From: Squalus acanthias
Lineage: Eukaryota
NCBI GenBank assembly: GCA_030390025.1
Contig: CM059427.1
Location: forward strand, 5,580,001-5,644,000
Direction: 5' to 3'
Length of the DNA stretch: 64,000 nt
Each line of letters opens with the position of its first letter. Position 1 is the stretch's first letter. Both the position numbers and the translations under genes were made by a program. Shown piece by piece: positions 23,166-35,750 of the stretch. Under the pieces are notes generated by a model. The model was not told the origin of the DNA and did not search any database. It was given only the letters and a program-made list of their open reading frames with translations.

Positions 23166-23829
23166 TTTTTTCTTTCTTACCCCTTTCCCTTGCTCTGTTC
23201 CTCCTTTTATAAGCTGTTTATTTGTAATATCTTCCAGTTCTGCTGAAGGGTTATGCCTGAAATGTCAACATTATCTTTTCTTTACAGATGCTTTCTATTT
23301 TTGTTACAGAATTGACCGTGTCTATGAAGATATCAACGAGCTGCACCAACTCTCTTCCTCTCTCCTCCCCAAATGAAAGTTTTATGGATGTGGATAGCTA
23401 GCTTAGATGGAAAAATCAAGTTTACTGCTTGTGACTGAGGCAAAATGCCATTTGAAAATGCAACACATGATGCGTGCATTGCAAATATCCACTAGCAGTA
23501 TCTGGTGATCTATATCACACAATATATGACATCTGAAGCATACACCAGTTTATACCAGCTTTGTATCATTTCAAAGATAACTTTTTTTTAAATTATAAAA
23601 TGAAAGATTGTCATAATGCAGAAAAGTGAAACTGATGGGTACACAATGAACACCAGAGGGAGCAAATGTGCTAACTTGTTAATATTACAAGTACTGTACA
23701 TCATCATGTGCTGCATAAAGACTGCATTGTGTAACTGATTATGCATGAAAAATACTCTACTCCTGACATTGAATCAGTAACTTTGCATGTTCATATTCCT
23801 GCTGATATTTTATAATCCTTCCCTAGGGA

Positions 23830-23965
23830 TTGCACCTTGATGTGGTGGGAAGGCTTAGTTGCTCCAATGACCCCGAGCGCTATGCTGGCCGGAGTATAAC
23901 TCCTGGTAGAGCCACTGGTTCTCCTGGTAGGCAGTTGTGAGTCAGGCTAACGACCTTTCATTATG
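23830..23965 (+). mobile_element. RTE-type 5' UTR fragment
   Basis: caccttgatgtggtgggaaggcttagttgctccaatgacccc..gctatgctgg..ctcctggtagagccac resembles the 5' ends of RTE/Expander elements. Confidence 0.4.
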
Positions 23966-24077
23966 GCAACAATCCGAGATAAGCTGAGTCTGTTACAGAC
24001 TTGCAGAAATAAAAATCAACTGTGAAGAATCACGATCTGCTAAGATGCTAACTAACGAACTAACTGATAGTTTCTAA

Positions 24078-24245
24078 TACAAAAGCAAAATACTACAGAT
24101 GCTGGAAATCTGAAATAAAAACAGAAAATGCTGAAAATACTCAGCAGGTCAGGCAGCATTGACTTGAAACGTTAACTCTGTTTCTCTCTCCACAGATGCT
24201 GCCTGACCTGCTGAGTATTTCCAGGATTTTCTGTTTTTATTTATG
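24078..24245. mobile_element. Penelope-like inverted terminal-repeat remnant (hairpin)
   Basis: aaataaaaacagaaaatgctgaaaatactcagcaggtcaggcagcat is the imperfect inverted repeat of atgctgcctgacctgctgagtatttccaggattttctgtttttattt. Confidence 0.75.
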
Positions 24246-25754
24246 ATGGTTTCCAAAGCCTATTTTTACTCTGCTTTGCTCTGGAGTCAGGTTGGATCCT
24301 GCATTTACAGACAGTTTAGCAATAGTGCATTGCTACCCAGTGTGCATCATCTGTGTAAGCATTTGTCACAAGATTCAGTTCCTGTGCTGATTGGTCCATG
24401 ACGACATAGGATATTGCACCATTAATTATGTGTCTCAAGAGTTATTTCACAAGTGTGAAAGACCCATGAAAAACAAGTATTATAGACATAAGAGAATTCT
24501 GATAGTTCCTTGAATTAGTGAAAGAACATTCATAGCTATAATATTAGTGTTCAATGGCTTATGTGGCATGTTGTCATGCAGTGCTGGACATAAGTGATAA
24601 ATAACTGAAGTTATTTTATCTTAACTATGGTTACATATTGTTACGGGCAGCAAAAATATTACTCGAGCATATAGTAAAGTTTGTAATCTTATTTAGGCTG
24701 CATTTGCACTGCAGCTACTGGTCAGAAACATGCTTGCATTGCCTGGTTGGAAGTTATCTGCCCTGTTAGGAGAGAGCTCTGCGCATGCCTGGATATGTGG
24801 ATGGGCGGAGCTATCTCCCCAAAGTTACAAATTTAAATCTTTACAGAGTGGGGAGTCCATTCAAACTAAAATGTATAAAATAAATCTAAACCATAGAAAG
24901 AAAAATGCATTTATATAGCGCCTTTCATGACCACAGGATGTCCCAAAGTGCTTTACAGCCAATGAAGTAATTTTGAAGTGTAGTTACTGTTGCAATGTAG
25001 GTAATCATGATCATGCTTTCCTCATCAATGATACAGTTAACATCCTGAGTTGCCCACCAGTCACAGAATGATCTGGAGTTAGGTTGGGTTCTGGATTTAC
25101 AGCCAGTTTAGTGTCAGTACAAAGCTGCAATTGCTCTGCATCTATCCTAAATTTGCAGTGTAACTGCACCCTTAATAACATTTTGTTCTGAAACATGTTT
25201 TAATGTTACCAAAGAATGGCTTTATCATTCTTGCACTGATGACATATCTAGCTAACTCTCACCAATAACACTTAAATTATTCACTGTGAGGTCTTGTACT
25301 TATGATGTTTCAATTACATTTTTTCATGTTTATATTGTCAATAGCAGTTGGATATTATTTGTTATACCAGCATTGGGCTATTTCTGTTTTCTTACAAATC
25401 TGAAGATTCACTAACGAAAGCAAAACAGTATAACAATCTCACACTTTCATTTTATATCCTCCTAATTTTCGCTCCCCCCTCTATGTTTTAAAGGCACCAT
25501 TGCTCTGCAATCAGCTATGCTGCTGTGGAGACACAGCGATTCAACTATGACACCAAGCATTACTCGAAATCCAGAAGCGGATCACTGTTATGCCCTCTTC
25601 CTTGCATGAGTTGCATGCCTACATGCCCCAGGGAATTTGGACAGGAATTAAAATAATGGGATTTGAGGAACACTTAAAATAGGACACTGCAGTCATACAA
25701 AAGTGTTTGGCATTTTTAAAAACTTGTTTGCCAAACACTTCACCTAATTATGTG

Positions 25755-26185
25755 GGATGATGGACTTTAGTCATGGGGAGAGACTAGAGAAGCTGGAATT
25801 GTTCTCCTCAGAGCAGAGAAGGTGAAGGGGAGATTTAATAGATGTGTTCAAAATTATAAACAGTTTTGATAAGAGCAATTAAGGAGAAACTGTTTCCACT
25901 GGCAAGAGGGCTGCTAACCAGACGACACCGATTTAAGATAATTGGCAAAAAAAAGGGAAGATGAGGATTTTTTTTTTTTACATAGCAAGTTATTATAATC
26001 TGGAATGCCCTGCCTGAAAGGATGGTGGAAGCAGATTCAGTAGTAACTTTCAAAAGGGAATTGGATATATACTTGAAAAGGTCAGGACTATGGGGAAAGA
26101 GTGGGGTAGCAGGTCTAATGGGATAGCTCTTTCCGCACAGGCAGGATGGGCTGAATGGTCTCATTCTCGTTCTGTATGATTATGT
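25755..26185 (+). mobile_element. CR1 LINE 3' end
   Basis: ERLEKLELFSSEQRR*RGDLIDVFKII..LFPL.., then the CR1 3' UTR. Confidence 0.85.
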
Positions 26186-26559
26186 AATCTGCATCCCAAC
26201 GTATTAGTGCTTGTTTGTCATCACGATAACAAAGTACGGGCTCTTCTGACTCCTTCCACCTCGGTGAGGGTGACGACGATGTCCCTTTTTAAGATTTATT
26301 TTCTGTCACCTTTTTTTTTTTGGCGCTTTGTTTGTAAATCATGCATCTTAAAAAGATGCATCTTTGGACGGATGCATTTCCAGTGATCCTTCAAAAGCAG
26401 ATTTAAAAAAAATATAAGACGCCAACGATGCTCTGAATGAACAAATTGTCAACAGCCAGCCATCCATCCCAGTGCAGCCAGCCTGCAAAAAAAAAGAGCC
26501 ATGAAGCGGTGGCAGGCAGGGGGCAAATTTTAAAAGGCATAGTGCAGCAGCTGGACACC

Positions 26560-27260
26560 CAGGCAGTGGTGAGTGGTGTGTGTGTGTTGCAGCTTCGGGC
26601 GCTGCTGGCGTTCGGATGACGTCAGTGGAAGGGCTCCTATCAGCTCGGGCTGCTGGCGCCACTTCCGCTCGCGGGGCTGCGCGAGGCGGCCGTTGCTTTG
26701 ATCTGGGGATTTTTTTTTTGAAAAATTTGTTTTGCACCGTCAGCCCGCGGGAGGGGGGGAGGGGAGGTCGGTTGGTTCAAGCCCACCCTCAATCAGTGCT
26801 ACTGCGAGCGGCGGGGTTGTGTATGTGAGCGGCGGCGGAGGAGGAGGAATGGGTGTCCTCAAACTGATGGAGCAGGTAAGAAGAAGAAGCGGCGCCGGGG
26901 GCTGAGGGGAAGATGGAGGAGAGCAGGGGGAGGGGGGGGCAATGGAGAGAAGACAAGAGACCGAGAGGGCGGGCAATACTGTGAGGAGAGGGCGACCTGC
27001 CAAGTGGGACAAGCGCCCAGAGAGCCGGGACATGAAGCAGAAGCATCTCCCACCCCACCACCACCCCGGGGGCTCCTGCACTCGCCCCTCATCCTCACCC
27101 TCCATCCTGGGGCTGAGCTATATTTTCGGGCGAGGGTGGCACCGAGGGAGCTGGGGGTTGTGGTGGGGGGTTCAAGGCCAGGCACCGCCAAAAGGAGCTG
27201 CTGGCTGACTGACTGACTGACACTCGCGCTTCAAGCCAGAATCCGCTTTCACGCTGGGAA
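26560..27260 (+). promoter_or_regulatory. CpG-island promoter of an unidentified + strand gene
   Basis: Non-repeat GC/CpG-rich island in an AT-rich background; full CRE TGACGTCA 26617-26624; ETS-type CACTTCCG 26660-26667; GGC/GGA repeats; strong donor CAG|GTAAG at 26875/26876. Confidence 0.75.
26849..26875 (+). CDS. Candidate coding part (or uORF) of a first exon, MGVLKLMEQ
   Basis: ggaATGg Kozak context, 9 codons, phase-0 GTAAG donor; gene not recognised. Confidence 0.35.
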
Positions 27261-28514
27261 ACGGCAATAGCCGGGCTTGTGATGGGTTCTGCATTTCAGA
27301 ACTAATGTGGAGCAATGCTGTGCCCCACGGTTTATTTCTAAGGAAAGGCGCCCCTGTGGGTTGTGTTGCTTGTTCTGTGGGAACTCCTGCTCCGGACCCT
27401 GCTTGGGGGGGGGGGGGGGAAATAAATTTCTCTTCGTTTTATGTTTAACCTCCCGGATTGGAATAACATCACAAGGCAGTCCTGTTGGCAGTAATTCAGT
27501 TACATTAGTTGTGTCATAATGATGAAAGCTTCGTGAGCAATCGGCTGTCGGATCCGATAAGGGGAATATTAATTCATTAATATCTGTCTCTTTTCCCCTC
27601 CTTTTATTGTATCTTACTAATTAAAATGATTTTCGTTATGTACAAAAATTGCTCAGAAGTGTATGTCAACATAAGGAGTTAGTTTCCGAGTAACTCCAGG
27701 ATCACTGTGTGAGAAAAGGAGAATGATAAATTCTTGTAGATTTCCGCCCTCTTCCCTACAATAAAATGTCAGTTACATTTCGGGTAAAGCCTGTACAGTA
27801 ATCTACTTCATCTTGACTTCCTCTTTTGAAATGTAGCGAAGAGTGAGATGCGTGGTTGATATTTCAATCCAGGCAAGCGGAAGGAACTGCAGTGGGGGAT
27901 TATAGCATCGAGACATATCATTTAAAACTAGTTATTATATGTATTTCAATTGATCCTTTTTTTACTTTTTAGTTTGCATTACGTTCCTGTTTAAAGCTTT
28001 GTAACCATGTTAGATACGGTTAGACTGGGGTTGGAAAGAATTGCCTCTCGTGGTGCTTGTTCTAATTTGATATGCTCGTTGTTGAGCACACGTTTTGGAT
28101 TATTTCTTGTTTTGGTTGCAGATTATTGTAGGGGATCTCCTGTGTTGATAAGAACAGTCTTTTCTAAATGACCTTTTTGCATTCCATAAATAAATTCAGT
28201 GTACAGTTGGTGCAAATCACAATTACAGTAAATACTGCAGAGTAGCACATCTTATGATCAGAAATGTAAAGCTAACCTGAGAGAATGTAATGTTTATTTT
28301 AAAGAAGTTGAAGTAATTGTTTAAGGAGGCATCAGCACCAAAAAATGTTGTTTGGTAACATTTTTGTAAAATTTCTATACATAGTCATTGAGTCATAAAA
28401 GCCTTGTAGTGTTTGTGTGTGATGTAAAATTTGATAGCTCTTTGGACTTTACTTTGTCCTTCTGTGATACAGCCAAGATTTCCTCCTATCAATCAATGTA
28501 ATCAAATTAAATAA

Positions 28515-28745
28515 TAAAAAGCAGAAAATGCATGTAACACCCAGCAGGTCAGGCAGCACCCGTGGAGAGAAACATACCAGTTAATGTTTTGGATGTGGAT
28601 CCTTGGGCAAAACTGCTTTGATGAAGAGTCCACCCCTGAAATGTTAACTCATCTATTCTCTTTACAGATGCTGTCTGATCGAAGTGTTTCTAGTATTTTC
28701 TGGTTTTTGTTTCAGCTTTTCAGTATTTGCAGATTTTTGCTTTAT
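28515..28745. mobile_element. Penelope-like inverted terminal-repeat remnant
   Basis: Same family as 24078-24245; cagcaggtcaggcagca..ggagagaaac vs tctctttacagatgctgtctga; degenerate (t)tgatgaa..gaaa core. Confidence 0.65.
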
Positions 28746-29611
28746 GTTTATATCAATCAAATTCTGATGCTGTTACAGAAGAAAAAAATAATTTGCATTT
28801 TCTAGCGTCTTTCACAACCCCAGGATGTGCCAAAGCGCTTCACAGCCAATGAAGTACTTTTGAAGTACAGTCATTGTTGTACTATAGGGAACTGTGGCAG
28901 ACAATTTATGCATAGCAAGGTCCCTCAAACAACAATGAGGTAAGTGTCCAGATCATCTGTTTTAGGAATGTAAGGCCTTTATTAGCTTTACTTCCCATAA
29001 GTTTTTAACTGTTACCAACTGCTGCTTGTCTGTTCCCCCATATCATTGAAATGTAATCTAGTAATTCTAGTGGTTGTGTGGCAACAACATTTCAGTTTGA
29101 GCTTTGGTACATATGTAGGCCACCTGCTAAAGTCAGCCTTTTGAGAACAAAGTAGTAACTGGGGTTCTGAAAATTGGTAGCTTTCAATCTTTCAAAGCTT
29201 TTACATGATAAATGAAATTTTCAGATGCATTCAAAAGCTTCATCTTGTAAATTATTTTATATTCCTAAATTTCCTTCTATAGGTCTTTCTAAACCATCTA
29301 AGAGGGTGTGGGGTGACCAATCCCAGACTATTAACAACACCACCTTTCAATGGCTACTGAGAAGGACTATGTGTTGGTTTTGTAATTTTTTTTAAACCTT
29401 TCCCTGTGTAAAGTGCAAGATGACACTCTGCACCTTTTACCGTTAGTATGGGTATTATTCTGATATTGTTTAGGGCATTGGGGTGCAAACCTAAGTTTGC
29501 ACAGTAAGGTGCACAGTGTGTTGGAACTTCAAAGTGAAGTGCCACATATTTCTGTGAAATTGGTGTTTATTAAACAGTGCAATTTCAGTATTCTGTTCTA
29601 ATTTGTAATGG

Positions 29612-29695
29612 TGCCATCCTTGGCTCAGTGGTAACACTCTTGCCTCTGAATTAGAAGGTTGTAGGTTCGAGCACCACTCCAGAGATTTAAACACA
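29612..29695 (+). mobile_element. Deu-domain SINE 5' head; the body continues at 34526
   Basis: tggctcagtggtaacactcttgcctctga..ggttcgagcaccactccagaga; the sequence resumes as ataatctagcttgac at 34526. Confidence 0.75.
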
Positions 29696-29697
29696 AT

Positions 29698-30402
29698 GGC
29701 TCCAAAGAAAGCTGCCCACAGATCTCTGTGGCAAGAAGTTTGTCTTTTTCGACGCGCAAGTGATTTCAGTGCAGTATAATAGGGATCCCCTAGTGCGATC
29801 TGCTGTGACGTCAACAAGCTGTCTAAGCAGCCAATCAGATTGCAGAATTCTCACAGACCAGGAAACAGGAAATGAGAACCTGCTTTTATCCCGACTTTTT
29901 AAAAATGTTAGAGAGCAAAACAAAGATTGGGGCTTTCACGTGGGGATAAGGTAGAACCTGAAATATCATGGATGAACTTTAAAATTTTTTATTAAAGTTT
30001 CTTAAATTATAATTTTTATCATAATGGAGAAGTTTGACACTCCACAAAATTAAAATTAGTTTTTCAGGGCCATAACATATGTTTAGCAGTCAATACACTG
30101 TTAAAACCCCAGCTATGCCTAATCCAACAAGGCTCAAAATTTAATGGGGTATTTAACAGCAATATTACCGCGGAACAGCCCAAGTTTTTGTCAGTTTCAC
30201 TAATTTCAGGGATTGCCGGCTATAGAGGGGTGGGAGGTTGGCGTGGGGAGCAGTGTCGGAACAGTGAATGACTGACCACAATGTCAGGATTTCTGTGTTT
30301 AGATGTGCATGGGCTCTATCCTGAAGTTGCGGTCAGTTTCAAAGGGGTAATAATGGTGAATGCTGTTAGTTCGTCGTTATTACCCACTGCAAATTCCAGC
30401 CC
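29698..30402. mobile_element. Harbinger-type MITE, same family as 55836-56567
   Basis: Shares gctgtga.gtcaacaagctgtctaagcagccaatca and acaaaattaaaattagtttttcagg; ends aaattccagccc. Confidence 0.75.
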
Positions 30403-30980
30403 ATAGGAGTAGAGTTTCCACTTTGGGCCCAATCAGCAATCCAGGTGCAAATTGCACTCAAAATTGCGCTAGTTTTCAGAATTGAATTTTTTGCTCAAGT
30501 TTCTGCTCAAACTCATTTGCATATTGCCCAAATGTAAAATCTTCCCTAAACCAGCGTAATTCGGCAGCATTTTGGAACGTAATTGTTTATTTTTTTCTTG
30601 CATCAAAAATTTTTCCTTGATATATTTAAGAGTGGTAACCTGGTGCAGTTTCAGTAATACAACTGAAAATTTTTAACAAGAGTGTCGAATCCACCATCTG
30701 TGGGTAACCTGATTTTAAATAATTGAGAATGATTTAAAAAAAGCTATACAAAACCATTTACTAGTTTCATTGGTGTACAGTAGTCAGTTTCTTAGTAAAT
30801 TAAATATTTAAATGCATTCCAAAAGGTGCCTATTGGTGCCCATGCACCAAAAAACAGCTTAATTTTAAGAGCCTCCTCGAAGGCCTGCAAATGGGTGCAA
30901 TTAGTGGAAACTTGCCATGGTGATTTATTTGATTTGGGGGCGCGGCCAGTTTTGTGGGCAGGGTCAGCTTCCAACACGAT

Positions 30981-33900
30981 TACATAGGATATACGGTACA
31001 GAAACAGGAAATAAGGCACAGAAACAGGCCATTTGGCCCAACCTGTCTTTGCTGGTGCTTATGCTCCACTCGAGCCTCCTGCTGTCTTTCCTCATCTAAA
31101 TCTATCAGCGTAACCCTCTATTCCCTTCTCCCTCATATGCTTGTCCAGCCTCCACTTAAATGCATCTATACTATTCGCTTCAACCACTCCCTGTGGTAGC
31201 AAGTTCCACATTCTCACCACTCTTTTTGGTAAAGAAATTTCTTCTGACTTCCCTGTTGGATTTCTTGGTGACTATCTTATATTGATGGCCTCTAGTTATG
31301 CTCTTCCCCACAAGTGGAAACATTCTCTCTCTATCCACTCTATCAAAACCTTTCATAATTTTAAAGACCTCTATTATGTCACCTCTCAGTCTTTTTTCAA
31401 GAGAAAAGAGACCCAGCCTGTTCATTCTTTTTTGATATGTATACCCTCACATTTCTGGTATCATCCTTGTAAATCTTCTCTGCCCCCTCTATCCTTTTTA
31501 TAATATGGCGACCAGAACTGCACGCAGTACTCCAAGTGTGGTCTAACCAAGGTTCGATACAGGTTTAGCATAACTTCCCTGCTTTTCAAATATGCCCCTC
31601 GAGAAATAAACCCTAGTTCTTGGTTTGCTTTTTTTATGACCTTGTTAACCTGTTGCGCAACTTTTAGTGATTTGTGTATTTGTACTCTGAGATCCCTTTG
31701 TTCCTCTACCCCACCTAGACTCGCACCCTCTAAGTGATAAGTGACCTCCCTATTCTTCCTACCAAAATGTAATACCTCACATTTATCTGTGTTGAACTTC
31801 ATTTGCCAATTATTTGCCCATTCTGCAAGTTTATTAATGTCCTTCTGTAATTTGTCCTCCTCAGTATTGACTATCCCGCCCCCCCCCCCCCAATTTGGCA
31901 TCATCTGCAAATTTAGAAATTGTGTTTGATTCCAAAGTCTAAATCGTTAATGTAAATTGTGAACACCTTCTGCCACTGTGAATAGCTACTCTTTACTCCC
32001 ACTCTCTGCTTTCTGTCTTGAAGCCAGCTAGCAATCCATTCTGCTACTTGTCCCCTGACTCCACATTCTCTGACCTTATTCATTACTCTATTATGGGGTA
32101 CCTTATCGAAGGCCTTTTGAAAATCTAGATAAATTACATCTACTGCATTACCATTGTCTACTCTCTGTTACCTCTTCAAAAAAATCAGTATGGTTGGTCA
32201 AGCAGGATTTTCCCTTTTGAAATCAATGCTGACTATTCATTATTATACTTTTTGTTTCTAGATGTTCTTCTATTCTCTCCTTTAGTAGGGATTCCATTAT
32301 TTTTCCCAACACCGATGTTAAGCTGATTGGTCTATAATTCCCTGGACATGTTCTATCCCCCTTTAAATATAGGTATTAAGTTAGTTATCCGCCAGTCCTC
32401 TAGCACTACACCTTTTTCTAATGAATTATTAATATGTGTAGTAATGCACAGTAATGTGTAGCTATCTCTTCCCCAGATTCTTTTAAAATGCGTGGATGCA
32501 ATCCATCTGGACCAGAGGTTTTATCCTCTGAGTTTGATTAGTTTATTTAGTATATCCCCGTTTTTAATTTTAAATGCACTTATCTCGCTACTCATCTCAT
32601 CATCCAATGTCATGTCCCCCTGTTCTATCTCCCTGGTAAATACCAAAGTGAAATAATGATTTAATATTTCTGCCATCTTCCTATCGTTACCTGTGGTATT
32701 GTCCTGTTTATCCCTTAATGGCCCTATTCCCATCACAACTGTCTTTTTTTATTGATGTGCCTGTAAAATATTTTACTATTTTGTTTTATCTTCCTTGATA
32801 ATTTAATTTCATAGTTCCTCTTTGCCTTCCTAATTTTTTTTTTAACTTCTCTCCTAATCCCTTCGTATTCTATCTTATGCACTCCTCTGCTGTCTATGTA
32901 CTTAATGTATGCCTCTTTCCTTACCCTCAATTGTTCCCTTATGTTTTTATTCATCCATGGAGCGTGGGTTTCCTCCGGGTGCTCCGGTTTCCTCCCACAG
33001 TCCAAAAATGTGCGGGTTAGGTTGATTTGGCTATGATAAATTGACCCTTAGTGTTAGGGGGGGATTAAATATGTGGGGTTACGGGGATAGGATGGGATAT
33101 GTTAGGGGGAATTAAATACGTGGGGTTACGGGGATAGGGTGGGATATGTGTCGGTGCAGGCTCGATGGGGATTCTGTGTGAGAGAGCAGGGACAGGGTAC
33201 TGGATTTGGATGATCAGCCATGATCGTATTGAATGGTGGAGCAGGCTCGACGGGCCGAATGGCCTACTCCTGCTCCTAGTTTCTATGTTCTATTAGTGTT
33301 TAGTTTGTTCTTTCCTTTTAGCGGAATATATTTTTCCTGCACTCTGTTGAACACCGTTTTAAATGTTTCTCATTGTCATCCTACATCGTTGTTTGCCAAT
33401 ATTGTTGTCCATTTTATCTTCCTAAGTTCTATTCTCAGCCCCTCAAAATCAGCTTTTTCTCAATCTATTAACCTGGTTTTTGTCATGCTTATGTCCTTCT
33501 CTATTTTCATCTTATTATATTATGGTCACTATTGCCTATATCTTCCCCTACTTTTACTTCTCTTATCTGCTTTGGCTCACTCCCATAACTAGATCCAATA
33601 GCGAATCCTTCCTTGTTCGGCTTTTACATATTGGGTTAGAAAGGAGTCCTGTTTATATTGTAGGAACTCCATTCCCTTATTCCTTTTACCTACCTCTTCT
33701 GTCCAATTAATATCAGGGTAGTTGAAATTCCCCATGATTATTTACTCATTTCTCTAATTTGTCTGCATATTTCTTCCTCCACCTCTCCACCATTAGGTGG
33801 TCTGTAGACTACACCTATTGGTGTGATTGATCCTTTATTATCTTTTATCTCTATCCATATGGGTTCTATTTTTGTCTTGCGGATAGCTCCATCCCTTTTT

Positions 33901-34328
33901 TCTACTGCCATTGTTATCCCTAATAAGTACAGCTACTCCACCTCCCCTTTTTCCCTCTCTGTCTTTTCTAAATATGTTATACCCTGCAATGTTTAATTCC
34001 CAGTCCTGATTTTTCTGTAGCCATGTCTCAGTAATCCCTACTATGTCTGGTTCCTCCCAGCGCATGATTGCCTCCAGCTCCCCTGTTTTATTACGAACAC
34101 TGTGTGCATTGTTGTACAGACAGTTTAACTAATTTTAATAGGATTTCCTCTCACTTTATGTTTTAAACATCTTTTTAGACTCCTGTTCTATAACTCTATT
34201 TGCTCCCTTACCGTCAATGTCCTCCCTTACTTTATTCTTTCCTATGCTCACTTTTCCTGTTTTGATTATATTTAAGCTGCTTACATTTCTTGTAGATCCC
34301 TCCCCCTATGTAATTCTATGTAATCCTA
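30981..34328 (-). mobile_element. CR1 LINE with near-complete ORF2 (APE endonuclease + RT), disabled
   Basis: ORF 33838..34065 DIVGITETWL..YNIFRKDREGKRGGGVA (EN); PWMNK..NSKIFYRHINKKR; MAEILNHYFTLVFT; ORF 31461..31910 WQMKFNTDKCEVLHFG..HLEYCVQFWSPY. Confidence 0.95.
32961..33292 (+). mobile_element. HE1-type V-SINE, 5'-truncated, inserted in a CR1
   Basis: V-domain gcgtgggtttcctccgggtgctccggtttcctcccacagtccaaa; CR1-type tail gatcagccatgatc..gaatggcctactcctgctcct, ttctatg repeats. Confidence 0.85.
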
Positions 34329-34525
34329 TGATTTGGGGGCGTGGCCAGTTTTGTGGGCAGGGCCAGCTTCCAACACGATGTTTTATGAACCAGCGCAAAG
34401 GATGGCGGTAATTTGCGATGGATGTAATTTACGCTTGAAATTCCTCAAACTTTTGCATTGATTTGGCTGATTTTTGGGTGAATTGCGCTGAAGAAAACAG
34501 CGCATCCTCGCAGAAGCTCCAGGCC

Positions 34526-34890
34526 ATAATCTAGCTTGACCCTTCAGTGGAGTAGTGAGGGAGCACTGCACTGTCTTTTGGATGAGACGTTAAACCAAGG
34601 CCCCAGCTGCTCTTTCGGGTGGAAGTAAAAGATCCCATGGCACTATTGAAAGAAGAGTAGCGGTGTTCTCCCAGTGTCCTGGCCAATACTTCTCCCTCAA
34701 CCAACATCACTTAAACAGAGTATCTGGCCACTTATCCCATTGCTGTTGTGGGGCATTGCTTTATCCAAATTGGCTGCCGAGGTTCCCTACATTACAAAAG
34801 TGATTACACTTAAAAATAAAAGTACTTTATTGACAGTGAAACATTTTGGGATGTTTTGAAGTTGTGAAAGGCACTATATAGATGTACGTT
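34526..34890 (+). mobile_element. Deu-domain SINE body and tail (continuation of 29612)
   Basis: gatgagacgttaaacc..gatcccatggcactatt..gaaaggcactatatagatg. Confidence 0.8.
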
Positions 34891-35276
34891 CTTAATTTAA
34901 TAATTCAGTGGCTACCCCGTTCATGGCCCAGTTAAAATGCAATTGGGGTCCTTTTGACAAAATAGGATCCCAATTTGCAAAAATTCACAAGGCCCCTACC
35001 TTATTTTAGGCAGGCAACCCATCCACCTGCGGAACCCTGCAAGTCAAAATCGGCAACATCGAGAAAGGGTCCAGTTATGAGTGGGTAAGTAACCTCTTCA
35101 TTTTAACTGTCCACCTGCCCTGTTTCCACTGGGTGGGTCGGATTTAATTCAGCAAATTTTATTTGGGGGGGGAAAAAACTTTACATTAAGAAGAAATGAT
35201 TTCAAGTATGAAAGCAAACAGGAAAGCTCTAATTATCACCTGTGTTTGATCATTAATAATTAGAACATTTACATTT

Positions 35277-35750
35277 TGTGTCAACCGTGGCTCAGTTGGT
35301 AGCACCCTCGCCGCTGAGTCAGAAGGTTGTGGGTTCAAGTCCCACTCCAGAGACTTGAGCACAAAAATCTAGGCTGACACTCCAGTGCAGTACTGAGGGA
35401 GTGCTGCACTGTTGGAGGTGCCATCTTTCGGATGAGACGTTAAACCGAGGCCCCGTTTGCACTCTCAGGTGGACATAAAAGATCCCAAGGCACTTTTTTG
35501 AAGAAGAGCAGGGGTGTTATCCCCAGTGTCTTGGCCTGTATTTATCCCTCAATCAACATAACTAAAAAAAAAAACAGATTATCTGGTCATTATCACATTG
35601 CTGTTTGTGGGAGCTTGCTATGAGCAAATTGGCTGTCATGTTTCTGACATTATAACATTAACTACACTTCAAAAAAAGTACTTAATTGGTTGTAAAGCAC
35701 CTTGGGACGCCCGGTGGTTGTGAAAGGCGCTATATAAATGAAAAACTTTT
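35277..35750 (+). mobile_element. Deu-domain SINE, full length
   Basis: A box tggctcagttgg, B box ggttcaagtcc, Deu core, tail gaaaggcgctatataaatg. Confidence 0.92.

Larger units (their letters stand above)
30406..34525. mobile_element. Harbinger-type MITE split by a CR1 (arms 30406-30980 and 34329-34525)
   Basis: Imperfect TIR ggagtagagtttc / gaagctccaggcc; ATA on both flanks. Confidence 0.6.

Noticed and set aside
26348-27216. Several overlapping 60-130 aa ORFs on both strands
   Set aside because: Low-complexity products expected from stop-poor GC-rich CpG-island sequence; no recognisable domain.
35277-35350. tRNA-like sequences with A and B boxes (also 1921, 7310, 29612, 55823)
   Set aside because: They are retroposon heads running into SINE or LINE bodies, not complete tRNA genes.
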